From the NCBI GenBank assembly GCA_026770705.1, contig JANJGN010000052.1:1-64000 (forward strand): a stretch of DNA of 64,000 nucleotides. Direction: 5' to 3'. A model generated the notes under the pieces. It was not told the origin of the DNA and searched no databases. It worked only from the letters and a program-made list of their open reading frames with translations. The position numbers and the translations under genes were made by a program. Shown piece by piece: positions 1 through 13,500 of this stretch (position 1 is the first letter of the stretch; every line of letters starts with the position of its first letter). The stretch comes from Isurus oxyrinchus (lineage: Eukaryota).

Positions 1-200
1 TGCACAGTCCTGTCACCGCCGGGCAGCTTTGAAAAGTTGATGTTGGCGTAGAAAAGCTCGTCTGGTTTGTCGGGGTTCCCATGTCCAACATCGCCTCCCA
101 CTGGACCTTCAGAGAGACCCCGGGGAGCTGGGGTCTCCCCCTCGCTAGTTGTGTCTCTGGTTGTGTTCCGGGCCTCAGTAATCAGCACGTTCTGTTTACC
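1..200 (-). CDS. Duplicated terminal cytoplasmic exon with canonical ITIM LFYANI (runs off the window edge)
   Basis: ctctgtag acceptor; GKQNVLITEARN...DKPDELFYANINFSKLPGGDRTV; open to position 1; ITIM at 39-56. Confidence 0.72.
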
Positions 201-627
201 CTACAGAGAAATAGAAACAGAAGACATCCTCACATCATTTACTGGTACTGATAGGGTTAAATTATTGTGCAGACTTGTTTAATTCTCTCTCTCCTATCGG
301 AAAAAAGACACCACCTATGGCAGTGCAGCACTCCCTCAGTACTGAGCTTCCAACAGTGCAGCACTCCCTCAGTGCTGACCCTCCGACAATACAGCGCTCC
401 CTCAGTACTGACCCTCTGTCAGTGCAGCACTCCCTCAGTACTGACCCTCCAACAGTGCAGCACTCCTTCAGTACTGACCCGCTGTCAGTCCCGCACTCCC
501 TCGGTAATGGCTCTGGTGAGTGACGGCTTGGATTCTGCGCTCAGGTGCCTGGTGTGAGGCTCAATAACATGAACCTTGTAATCAGAGAGAGGATGAGAGA
601 GAGGGATAGAGGAGGGATAGAGACAGA

Positions 628-1561
628 GTGTTATTAATCTATTAATGTTTGTATTGCAATTGCAAACTGTCTATTTAAACAGAGGTTTAGTCTGTGTGTG
701 TGTCTGTGTGTATTTTAATTGGATTAAAGCCAGCCAGTCTGTGTGCTTTGATGTATAGTAGTTTTGAGATGTAAACAAAGAGGTAAAGTGGTAATTTGCA
801 TTTTTAAATAAAACATTCAAAGTCTGAGAGTGAAATCTTAAACCAATCAACGTTTATATTACTAATAAAATTGATACGATGAAAGAGGATTTATTATTGG
901 AAGAGATGGAGTTCAAAGGTCCTGATGATACATTGCGAATTTACCTTCAAACAGAAGCCATAAGACCATAAGACATAGGAGGAGAAATTAGACCATTCGG
1001 TCCATCGAGTCTGCTCCACCATTCATACATGGCTGATATGTTTCACAAACCCCATTCTCCCACCTTCTCTCCTAACCATTGATCCCCTGACCAATCAAGA
1101 GCCCATCAATCTCCATCTTCTTCACACTCAAGAGCTGGGTATAACTTGAGCAGTTTTGTGTGTGCAGAGCAGAGGCTTGTAACATCAAAGCAGCTGTAAG
1201 CCTACACCTGTCTGCAAAGGAACCAAAGTGAAAGGAACCTCATTTGGAATTTGTGAGGTGAAAATGCTTTGCCTGGTGTCTGCTTAAAGTCTATGGGTTG
1301 TCTTGGAGGAGATTAGTTTGAGAATTTGTTATAAAGTTATGATAATACTAGTTTGTAGCCATGTGCATATGTTTAACTTGTGAAAATTAATAAATGTCTC
1401 ATTTAGATTGATATAAAATCATCTTGAGAACTGGTGGTCTTATTCCTGAATTTAGAGATGCATCTCAAACATTCCACTGCGAAATATAGGTTACGACAGC
1501 TGTTTAAAGTTTCCCTCTGGGATTTTAAGCAACAGCCTTTACCAGTTGCTGTGTCATAACA
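628..1561 (+). mobile_element. Solo LTR-like element with nested CR1 3' fragment
   Basis: TG...CA ends, internal AATAAA; resembles 32430-33357; partial copy at 3715-4027. Confidence 0.5.
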
Positions 1562-1696
1562 GAGAGACAGCATGATACTGAACCATTGCTGACTCCACAG
1601 GTACAAATCAGTGGGTAACTGGGCTGGGAATCTGGGACATATGTTGTCTACACACTGAGATTGAAGCTTTGGAGTGAGTGTAAACAGCTCCTGTAC

Positions 1697-1778
1697 CTGG
1701 TGCTTCACAGAGAGTGGACTGGGGGTCAATACAATGTCACTGGTCCCTGAAACTCTCTCCTCCATCGCTGTCTTTCTC
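1697..1778 (-). CDS. Duplicated cytoplasmic exon 1 (distal cassette of gene A)
   Basis: (K)RKTAMEERVSGTSDIVLTPSPLSVKHQ; intact splice sites; paralogous to 4163-4244. Confidence 0.7.
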
Positions 1779-1909
1779 CTGCAATAACAAAATATCACAC
1801 TGTGGTTATCATATAGCAGAGAGTCAGTGCAGCACAGACACAGAGCCCACTGTAACCTTACACCAATGACTGGACTCTCTCTTTAAATCACCTCTGCACA
1901 AAGCACAGA

Positions 1910-2375
1910 ATCAAGACGCTCGACACCATCCAGGACAAAGCAGCCCGATTGATCCATACCACATCCACCACATTAAACATTCACTCCCTCCACCATGAAC
2001 ACACAGTGGCAGCAGTGTGTGTACCATCTACAAGATGCACTGCAGCAACTCAGCAAGGCTCCTTCAACAGCACCTTCCAAATACGCGACCTCTACCATCC
2101 AGAAGGACAAGGACAGCAGACACATGGGAACACCACCACCTGGAAGTTCCCCTCCAAGTCACTCACCATCCTGACTTGGAAATATATCACCATTCCTTCA
2201 CTGTCGCTGGGTTAACATCCTGGAATTCCCTCTCTAACAGCACTGTGGGTGTACCTACACCACATGCACTGCAGCGGGTGAAGAAGGTAGCTCACCACCA
2301 CCTTCTCAAGGGCAGTTAGAGATTGGCATCAATGCGGACATCACCAGTGACAGCCACATTCGATGTAAGAATTAA
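1910..2375 (+). mobile_element. LINE 3' fragment (also at 4375-4845 and 57695-58745)
   Basis: Shared ctcgacaccatccagga...cagcagtgtgtaccatctacaagatg...ctcaccaccaccttctcaagggc. Confidence 0.7.
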
Positions 2376-2927
2376 AAATCTCACAGCTCAATGTATTTAT
2401 TGTGACCCTGCTGCACACACGCCCTGTCGAAGGAACCTCTGTGGTTCCATTGTTAATCGAAGCAGATCAGAGTTACTGCAACAACTTGCATTTATATAGC
2501 ACCTTCAATGTAGCAAAATGTCCCAAGGCTCATCCGGGGATTGTTAGTCACATTTCACCTGACTCTGAGGCACATGAGGAGATATTAGGGACAGGAGACC
2601 AACAGCTGAGTCAACAAAGTCAGTCATTAAGGGTCATCTTAAAGGAGGAGCAAGAGATAGAGAATGAGAGACTGACACAGAAAGAAAGAGAGAGACAGAG
2701 AGGAAGAGAGAGAGAGAGAGAGAGAGACAGTGAATCTCACTCCTCAATGGCTCAGCATCCAGTCCTCTCTGGAGAAGCATTTCATTCCAAACCACACCAA
2801 CCGCAGCCCAATTCCATCCCTTCCTCCCTCTCTCCCCCTCTCCCCCAGTGGGTTGTTTCCTGTTCCCAGGGATCTCAATCCCTACCCGCACACCCACATC
2901 TCCTCACTCCCACTCCCCATTTCTCAT

Positions 2928-3176
2928 TCAGTTATGCTCAAACCTGATCTGTGCGTATTCCATCTCCTCTTCCCTGTGGACAGACCCATCATCACTGGAC
3001 ACCCTCAAAACTTGGGGATTGGCGTAGAGAAACTCTTCAGGTTTGCCGGGGTTCCCAAGTCCAGCATCGCCTCCCACTGCATCTTCAGAGAGACCCCGGG
3101 GAGCTGGGGTCTCCCCCTCACTAGTTGTGTCTCTGGTTGTGTTCCGGGGCTCAGTAATCAGCACGTTCTGTTTACC
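2928..3176 (-). CDS. Gene A terminal cytoplasmic exon (proximal cassette; FLYANP, MEYAQI)
   Basis: ccgtag acceptor; GKQNVLITEP...EEFLYANPQV...EEMEYAQIRFEHN*; minus-strand AATAAA at 2396-2401. Confidence 0.8.
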   Translation of the reverse strand, partial: GKQNVLITEPRNTTRDTTSEGETPAPRGLSEDAVGGDAGLGNPGKPEEFLYANPQVLRVSSDDGSVHREEEMEYAQIRFEHN

Positions 3177-6100
3177 CTACGGAGAAATGGAAACAGAAGA
3201 CATCCTCACATTATTTACTGGCACTGATAGGGTTAAATTATTGTGCAGCTTCGTTAATGTCAGTCGTGTCTCAGTGAGTTTAACTCTCTCTCCCATGTCT
3301 TATGAAAGAAACCACCTATGGCAGTGCAGTGCTCCCTCAGGACTGACCCTCCAACAGTGCAGCACATCCTCAATAGTGACCCTCTGTCAGTCTCGCACTC
3401 CCTCAGTACTGACCCTCTATCAGTCTCGCACTCCCTCAGTACTGACCCTCCGACAGCGCAGCAAAAACCTCAGTACTGACCCTCTGACAGTGCAGCGCTC
3501 CCTCAGTACTGACCCTCCGATGGTGCAGCGCTCCCTCAGTACTGACCCTCTGTCAGTCTCGCACTCAATCGGTAATGGCTCTGGTGAGTGACGGCTTGGA
3601 TTCTGCACACAGGTGCCTGACGTGAGGCTCAATAACATGAACCTTGTAATCAGAGAGAGGATGAGAGAGAGAGAAAGAGAGAGAAAGAAAGGGAGGTTGA
3701 GATAGAGAGAGAAACTGGAATTTGTGAGGTGAAAATGCCTGGAATCTGCTTAAAGACTATGGGTTGTCTTAGAGGAGATTAGTTTGAGAATTTGTTAAAA
3801 AGTTATGATAATACTAGTTTGTAACCATGTGCATATGTTTAACTTGTGTAAATTAATATATGTCTCATTTAGTTTGATATAAACCCATCTCGAGAACTGG
3901 TGGTCTTATTCCTGAATTTAGAGATGCATCTCAAACATTCCACTGGGAAATATAGGTTATGACAGTTGTTTAAAGTTTCCCTCTGGGTTTTTAAACAACA
4001 GCCTTTACCAGTTGCTGTGTCATAACAGAGAGACAGCATGATACTGAACCATTGCTGACTCCACAGGTACAAATCAGTGGGTAACTGGGCAGGGAATCTG
4101 GGACATGTGTTGTCTACACACTGAGATTGAAGCTTTGGAGTGAGTGTAAACAGCTCCTGTACCTGGTGCTTCACAGAGAGTGGACTGGGGGTCAATGCAA
4201 TGTCACTGGTCCCTGAAACTCTCTCCTCCATCGCTGTCTTCCTCCTGCAATAACACAATATCACACTGTGGTTATCATATAGCAGAGAGTCAGTGCAGCT
4301 CAGACACAGAGCCCACTGAAACCTTACACCAACGACTGGACTGTCTCTTTAAATCACTTCTGCACAAAGCACAGAATTAAGAAGCTCGACACCATCCAGG
4401 ACAAAGCAGCCCGATTGATCTACACCCCATCCACCACATTAAACATTCACTCCCTCCACCATGAACACACAGTGGCAGCAGTGTGTGTAACATATACAAG
4501 ATGCACTGCAGCAACTCAGCAAGGCTCCTTCAACAGCACCTTCCAAACCCACGACCTCTACCATCTAGAAGGACAAGGGCAGCAGACACATGGGAACACC
4601 ACCACCTGGAAGTTCCCCTCTAAGTCACTCACCATCCTGACTTGGAAATATATCACCGTTCCTTCACTGTCGCTGGGTCAAAATCCTGGAGCTCCCTCTC
4701 TAACAGCACTGTGGGTGTACCTACACCACATGGACTGCAGTGGGTCAAGAAGGCAGCTCACCACCTCATTCTCAAGGGGCATTTAGGGAATGGGCAATTA
4801 GTATTGGCCACGCCAGTGACAGTCACATTCGATGAAAGAATTTAAAATCTCACAGCTCAGGAGGGAGCCACTCAGCCCATCGTGCCTGTGCTGGCCCTTT
4901 GTAAAAACTGTCCAATTAATCCTAAACAAATGTTTATATTAAAATCAAGTTAAATCTTCAGACTTACTTTCTCACACAGATGAAGATGAAGATTCCAGCC
5001 AGGAAAACACTCAACATGATCCCAGCCGTGAACAATCCTACTGTCCATTTACTGGAGTCTCTACCTGTAAAAACAGTCATTAATTACTGCACTACAGGTT
5101 TACAATGATGCTCCGATGTATCTCGAGAAGCGATACACTCACTCAGTGTTTAAATACTCATTCTCGGGCAATGCTGACATTTATTGTCCATCCCTAGTTT
5201 CCCCTTGAGAAGGTGGTGGGGGGTCTTCCTCCTGAACCACTGGTTTGTCCCAAACTGGGAGACCAGTTCAGAGGGCAGGTAAGAGTTAACCATGTTGGTG
5301 TTTGAGACTGGAGTCACATACACACCCAGACCTGTTAAAATGGACAGGTTTCCCTCACTAAATGTGTAATTATATCTTTAATTTCTATATATATGTATCA
5401 ACTAACATCACTAAAATAATCATTTATCACCTCATCTTCACACTGTTGTTTGTGGGATCTTGCTCTGCACAAATCAGCTGTTGCGTTTCTCAACGTAATC
5501 TATGTAACATTTATATATAATATTTATCAATGTAATCTATGTAACATTTATATATAATATTTATCAATGTAATCTATGTAACATTTATATATAATATTTA
5601 TCAATGTAATCTATGAAATGTTTATATATAATATTTTATCGTTTGGGAGGAGAACCTGAGTATTGCTGAGAAAGGACATTTTGTCAAAGCTTTCTGTCTT
5701 GCACCCAATGAAGCAGCTTATCTGGGGGAGAGGGTTCCAGATTTCCACTCCCCTTTGTGTGAAGAAGTGCTTCCTGACATCACCCCCTGAACGGCCTGGC
5801 TCCAATTTGACCAAGTGTTGCCATTGTCACATGAGGTCAGACGATTCAAAGCTTGGTCAAAGGGGTCAGTTGTAAAGAGCATCTTAGAGGAGGTAGAGAG
5901 AGAGTTGGAGAGGTTGAGGGAGCGAATTCTCGAGTTTAGGGATCAATCCAGCTGAGTGGAGATCGATCCTGAGCGAGTCTTTCACCTTTGACCCACAGAT
6001 ACATCTTGAACATGGCTTCCCCGTGTGGGTTTTGAACCGAGCAGGATGCAATCACTCCCCCCTCATCCTGGGGTCTCATCAGGGTGAGGGAACCAGTCAC

Positions 6101-9100
6101 CAGATGCCCATCTCTGACCTGCCACGACACAAAACCTCCGTGTGTTTGGTTACCACTGATGTTGGCACTGGGCAGGTGCCAGGTGAGGTCTCCGGGTGGG
6201 TTGGAGTTGGCCACACAGATGCAGGTGACCCCCTCTGACCTCCGAGTGCACTCTGACTGCTGGGAAATCTCCGGCTTATCTGAGGAGGGAAGGACAACAA
6301 TGAGACAACTTCATAGCAAAGTTAGAGCGTAAGATAGAATCTTCACACTGAAACACTCATTCCTGCCTTTGTTACCTCCGTACTCGACTATCGCAACACT
6401 CTCCTGCCCGACCTCTCATCTTCCACTCTCCGGAAACATCAGCTCATCCCAAACTCTGCTGTCCCCATGTCCTAACTCACACCGAGTCCCGTTCAGACAT
6501 CACTCCCTGTTGGTCACTGAGCTACACTGGCTCCCGGTCCGACAATGCCACAATTTTAAAATTATCATCGTTTCAAATCCCTCCTTACTCCCTCCCTATC
6601 TCTGTAACCTCCTCAAGCCCCTACAACCCTCCCTATCTCTGTAACCTCCTCCAGACCCTACAACCCTCCCTATCTCTGTAACCTCCTCCAGACCCCACAA
6701 CCCTCCCTATCTCTGTTACCTCCTCCAGCATCTACAACCCTCCCTATCTCTGTTACCTCCTCCAGCCCCTATAACCCTCCCTATCTCTGTTACCTCCTCC
6801 AGCCATCACAACCCTCCCTATCTCTGTAACCTCCTCCAGACCCCACAACCCTCCCTATCTCTGTAACCTCCTCCAGCATCTACATCCCTCCGAGGTCTCT
6901 GCGTTCCTCCAATTCCGGCCTCTTGACCATCCCCCGATTCCTACCGCTCCACCATTGGCGGCCGTGCCTTCAGCTGCCTGGGCCCCGAGCTCTGGAATTA
7001 CCTCCGTAAACCTCTCCATTTCTATCTCTCTCCTCATTTCAGACACTCCTTAAAATCCGGCCTCTTTCTCTGAGCTTTCAGTCCCTGTTCTAATATCTCC
7101 TTATGTATCTCGGAGAGGCGCAGGGTGAAAAAAGCAGGGAGGTGATGCTAGTTATGCTAAACCACAGCAAGGAAGCTGCCCTCAGACAGAAAGTGTTTGA
7201 GTTTTAAGCAGAGACAGGGGGAGTAAAATGCTTACATTGTACGTTCAGGTGGGTGATGTTGGAGGTGCTGTTACCCACTGGGTTCCTCGCTGTGCAGTAG
7301 AAACCTGCATCATTCTCCCGTGTTACAGGAGTGAAGGAGAGAGTGCGGCTACTTGTGTTTAACTGGGTGCTGGTGTTCCCCTCGATCCTGAACCAGGTGT
7401 AATGAGATATCGGTGGGACACTTTCACTGGAGCAGGTTAATGTGATATTGCTTCCCTCTCTTATCCCACCTGAGGATCTGCTGATGGACACCATCGTCTC
7501 CTGTGGGGAATCTGGAACAAAGACAGAGAACAATCAGCAGGTAATCCCCACACCCCACAGCTCTCCGAAATCTCTGCGCTCCTCCAATTCCGACCCCTTG
7601 CACATTCTCCCATTCCCATCTCTCCACCATTGGCGGCCGTGCCTTCAGCTGCCTGGACCCTAACCTCTGGAATTCCCTCCATCATTTCTCACCTCCTTCG
7701 GACAAAATCTGACCCCGAGTCACATTAGGAGATATTAGGAGAGGTGAGCAAAAGCTCGCTGAAAGCAGGAGGTTTTAATGGTGTGTCTTAATGGTTTTAA
7801 GGAGCATCTTAATGGTTGAGAAAGAGTTGGAGATTGTGTATCTCCCGCGCATCCCCCCTTGCAAATTCCTCTCCCTCCCAGAGCAATGTAAGGGTCCCTC
7901 CTGTCTTCACTTTTCACCCCACCAGCCTCCTCATTCAAAGGATCATTCTCCGCCATTTCCGCCAACTTCAGCATGATGCCACCACCAAACACATCTTCCC
8001 TTCACCACATCCGCCCCCCCCCCCACCCCCCCCCACGTTGGCATTCCATAGGGATCATTCCCTCCAGGACACCCTGGTCCACTCCTCCATCACCCCTAGC
8101 ATCTCAACCCTCTCCGATGACATCTTCCCATGCATTTGCAGAAGGTGCAACACCTGCCACTTTACTTCCTCTCCCCTCACTGTCCAATGACCCAAACACT
8201 CCTTCCAGGTGAAGCAGCGCTTCATGCAGACTTCCTTCAATATAATCTACTGCATTCACTGCTCCCAATGTGGTCTCCTCTACATTGGAGACACCAAACA
8301 CAGACTGGGTGATCGCTCTGATGAACACCTTCGGTCTGTCCACAAGCATGACCCAGACCTCCCTGTCGCTTGCCATTTTAACACCCCACCCTGCTCTCAT
8401 GCCCACATGTCCGTCCTTGGCCTGCTGCATTGTTCCAGTGAAGCCCAACACAAACTGGAGGAACAGCACCTCATCTTCCGACCTGGCACTTTACAGCCTT
8501 CCCGACTGAATATTGAGTTCAACACTTTCAGATCATGAACTCTCTCCTCGATCTTCACTGCTTTTTGAACCCTTTTTTTATGTATTCATTTTAATTGTTT
8601 TATTTGTTGACTGTTTTCCACTTATTTTTATTATTATTATTTGAAATTCATTTCCATTTTTATTGATTGTTTTATCCACAGATTTTAGTCTATTTTCGAT
8701 CTTTATTCCCTCCACTGTCCCCTCCCCCTGCCACACCCCCACAAGGGCCATCTGTCTCTTTCCAGAGTGCTTACCCTGGTCCGCCCATTATCACACTCTG
8801 CTTAATGTCACCATTAGCACCTCCTTTAACCAATACCACCACTGTTAACAACCCTTTGACCTTTTGTTTATGACATCTTCCACAATCTCTCCATTGCCTC
8901 CACCTATCGCTGGTTTTCTATCCAGCTCCACCTGTCCCATCGCCCCCCCTTAGACAGGATATATTTCACCACATGTCTACTTCCCTTTAGCTCTGAAGAG
9001 GAGTCTTACGGACTCCAAACGCTAACCCTGTCTTTCTCTCCACAGATGCTGCCAGATGCTCAGAATCAGCTGGATGGACAGAAAGACCAATGAGTGACTT

Positions 9101-10491
9101 AGATCAAGAGGAGATGTTCAGCAATTAAAAGGGTTGTTCAGGGCAGTTAGAGAGAGAAAGTTCATCAAGTACGGAGATTGGAAACGAAGACCTGACAGCC
9201 TTGTCCTCACAACCATTGAAGGAGAAACTGAGAGCAAAAACAGAAAGGGAGAGGAAAAATTGGGTGTGTGGATAACGTGGACTGAGCGAGGATTGAAGAA
9301 AACTGGATTAAAAACAACACGATCCCAATGGCTCCACGGAGACCACGGAGACAACAAACAAACAAATGTATCTCCACACTCACATTCCACAGTGATGGTT
9401 ATGAACCCCTCCACTGCTCCATGTTCATTCTCTGCCACACACTGATAGTCTCCAGTGTCCCTGGATGTAACGTGAGGAATCACCAACCACAGCTCATTGT
9501 TGGAACTTGTTCTGTTCATTGGGACATTAAGATGTCGCCACGTCAGGTTAGAAGCTGGGAAGCTCTCGACAGAGCAGATTATCACTGCAGAATTCCCCTC
9601 AATTATATTGATCGATGAAGCGTTAATCATATCAAGAGAAGTAATTGATGGGTTCCGTGGTGCATCTAAATACAAATAAAGGTTTCATTGTGAGCAAACA
9701 CAGTGCACAGCAAGACTCCAGGTATCATCTCTCTCCATCTGGTGTCTATGTGCATGTCAAGGCTTCTTTCTCCATTATAAGTTTCTATGTCACCATTTGT
9801 AACAGACACTGCCAGTGTGTTCCTTTTTGCATATTCATGGGAAGTGGATGTATCTATCTAGACCAGCATTTATTACCCATCCCTAATTGCCCTTGAGGAG
9901 GTGGTGGTGAGTTATTCACCCCCACAGAATTCCCAGCCTCTGACCGGCTCCTGTAGCCACAGTATTTATGGCCGGTCCAGTTAGTTGTTTGGTTAACATC
10001 CCCCAGGATGTGGATCGTGGGGGATTCAGCGATGGGAAAGTGATTGAATATCAAGGTGAGATGGTTAGATTCTCTCTTGTTGGAGATGATCACTGCCTGG
10101 TACTTGTGTGGTGTGAACATTACTTGTCATTTCTCAGCCCAAGCTGAGTGTTGTTCAGCTCTTGCTGCGTGTGGATATGTAAACTGTCACGCTGTAATTA
10201 CAGCCTTCCACCAGAGGAGACACTGTCAGGCTAGAAGAAAAGAAAGTGTCTTTCACATGATCAGGATGTTCACGGAGATTTCACCATGGAGGAATTGCTT
10301 TGGAATAATGGGGTATTGGGTGATAAACCTACAATTCACTGTTCAGGAGGTTGCTCCATCCAATTCAGTGTCTTGATGATCTGGAGTTTACCTTCCTTCA
10401 ACACAGAATCAGAGCTGCTACCGAGACTCGAGTGCAGCACTGAGACAGGAGAGGGAGCTGACACGTGTGTGTGTATGTGTGTTTGTGTGTG

Positions 10492-10549
<58 letters not shown>

Positions 10550-13500
10550 GTTGAAGTTTGCAGTAACTCACGTTCCACAGTGATGGTTATGAACCCCTCC
10601 ACTGCTCCATGTTCATTCTCTGCCACACACAGATAGTCTCCAGTGTCCCTGGATGTAACGTGAGGAATCACCAACCACAGCTCATTGTTGGAACTTGTTC
10701 TGTTCATTGGGACATTAAGATGTCGCCACGTCAGGTTAGAAGCTGGGAAGCTCTCGACAGAGCAGATTATCACTGCAGAATTCCCCTCAATTATATTGAC
10801 CGATGAAGCGTTAATCATATCAAGAGAAGTAAATGAGAGATTCTGTGGAGCATCTAAGAACAAATCAAGTATTTAATGTGAGCAAGCACTGTGCACAGCA
10901 AGACTCCATGCATCATGTCTCTGTATCTGATGCCTGTGTGCATTTCTAGGCACCTTCCCTCAAGATAAGTTCCTATGTCACATTTACAATGGGCACTGCC
11001 TATGTAAACTGTCACACTGCAGGAGCATTCTCCCACCAGAGACCCTGCCCATCCGGATTTAAAGAAACTCCCTTTCACATCCTCAGGATGTCCCCAAGGG
11101 CTTGACAGGCAATGAATTATATTTAATCGATGGAGCACTGAGGGGTAAATCTACAATTCTCTGTTAAGGATTTTGCTCATCCAATTCAGGGTCTTGTTGA
11201 TCTGGAGTTTACCTTCCTTCAGCACAGAATCGGAGCTGACACCGAGACTCCAGTGCAGCACTGAGAGAGGAGAGGGACCTCACATGAGTGTATGTGTGTG
11301 TGTGTGTTTGTGTTTCTGCACAAGTNNNNNNNNNNNNNNNNNNNNNNNNNNNNNNNNNNNNNNNNNNNNNNNNNNNNNNNNNNNNNNNNNNNNNNNNNNN
11401 NNNNNNNNNNNNNNNNNNNNNNNNNNNNNNNNNNNNNNNNNNNNNNNNNNNNNNNNNNNNNNNNNNNNNNNNNNNNNNNNNNNNNNNNNNNNNNNNNNNN
11501 NNNNNNNNNNNNNNNNNNNNNNNNNNNNNNNNNNNNTGTGTGTTGTCTGTGTGCGCGTGTGCATGTGNNNNNNNNNNNNNNNNNNNNNNNNNNNNNNNNN
11601 NNNNNNNNNNNNNNNNNNNNNNNNNNNNNNNNNNNNNNNNNNNNNNNNNNNNNNNNNNNNNNNNNNNNNNNNNNNNNNNNNNNNNNNNNNNNNNNNNNNN
11701 NNNNNNNNNNNNNNNNNNNNNNNNNNNNNNNNNNNNNNNNNNNNNNNNGTGTGTGTCTGTTGGTGCGTGTGTGGTCTGTGTAACCTGTAAACCTAACCCT
11801 TCCACACTGATGGTCACGAACACCCCCCACTGCCAACAAATTTATCTCAGTAAGGAACATGGCACTGCCAACCCCGTCAATACCATCTTCTAAACGGGGG
11901 ATTGGGTAGGAATCTGGTTTTATTGCTGCATTAACCTTTCTGTAATGTATGCAGAATCTGGTTGGAAATGAAATACCTGCTCCTTTTTACCTCCCTCCCT
12001 ACGATGGTATCGTTTTAACATATTGATGTGTCACAGCCGATTCTTTATTCTACAATCTGGGGTGTGTATCAAATAATTTACTTGACCAACCCTCCTAATT
12101 ACCTTGTGGGGACCACTGAACCGCGCTTTCAGAGGCTCCCCCTGCCAAGGCAATGATACTAACACGTCATCCCCCTGGTTGAGATGTTCGGGTCACAGCT
12201 TGCCTGTCTACCCCATTCCTTCATCTCTGTTTGAGAAACTATAAGATGTTCTTGTGCCACTTTGGAGGCTCCCATGAGCCGTTCCTGAAACATGGACACA
12301 TCATCTGAAATAGAGGATTCATCCCTCTGTCCGGAATATCTTTCTTTGATGAATTTCAGACAGCCTCTTATCTCGTGTCCATAAGTTATTCCAAAAAGAC
12401 TAAAACCTGCCGATTCAGTTGGTGAATCTCGTGTGGGAAATGCAAGAAAATCCAGTCCTTTGTCCCAGTCATGGGGAGTTCATGACAATAGCTTCAATCA
12501 TTGTTTTGAGGGTTTGTTGGTCCCTCTCTAAAGATCCCCGTGTCTATGGATGATATGCTGTGGACTTTAACTGTTTTATACCCAAATTACTCATTATGTT
12601 CGGAAAATTTTAAGACATAGAGATGGAACCTTGATCTGACTGGATCTCCAGCGGTAATCCATAATGGGTAAAAAATTGGGTTAACTTCCCTATTACTACT
12701 TTAGCTGTAATTGTTCCTAAAGGGATGGTCTCTGGAAATCGAGTTGTCATATCCATCATAGTGAGGCCATACTGGAGTCCGGCTTTCATTTTCGATAATG
12801 GTCTAACACAGTCCACTAATGCTCGTATCCAATGGTAACGGACAATTAACTCACTGGAGGAGGGGAATCCACAAATATCCCCATCCTCAATGAACGGGGA
12901 GCCCAGCACATCAGGGCAAAAGATAAGGCTGAAGCATTTGCTACAACAATTATCCATTTCTGTCTGGCGTAAAAATAAGTCAGGAAATGGTGCTCAACCA
13001 GGGCTTACAAAAGAAATTAGGGATAGTATTAGATCCAGAGAGGAGACATAAAATTGCCAGGGGAAGCAGCAATGCTGAGGATTGGGAGCAGTTTAGAATT
13101 CAGCAAAAGTGGACAAAAAGATTGATCAAGAAGGGGAAAATGGAACATGGGAGTAAACTTGCAGGGAACGTAAAAACCGACTGTAAAAGCTTCTATAAAT
13201 ATGTGAAGAGAGAAAGATTAGCAGTGACCGATGTAGGTTCCTTGCAGTCAGAAATGGGGGAAATTCTAATGAGAAACAAAGAAATGGCAGAAGAACTGAA
13301 CATATATTTTGGTTCTGTCTTCACAAAAGAGGACACAAATAATTTCCCAGGAATGTTAGGGAACCAAGTGTCTAGTGAGAGGGAGGAATTGAAGATAATC
13401 AGGATTAGTTTTAAAAAATGGAGCTGGAGAAATTAATGGGTTAAAGGTTGAACAGTCCCCAGGGCCTGAAAATCTACATCCCAGAGACTAACGGAAGTGA

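Noticed and set aside
11173-11893. ORFs spanning N runs (also 59378-59707)
   Set aside because: Masked or gap sequence in TG tracts; each N run is shorter than an Ig exon, although true gap sizes are unknown.
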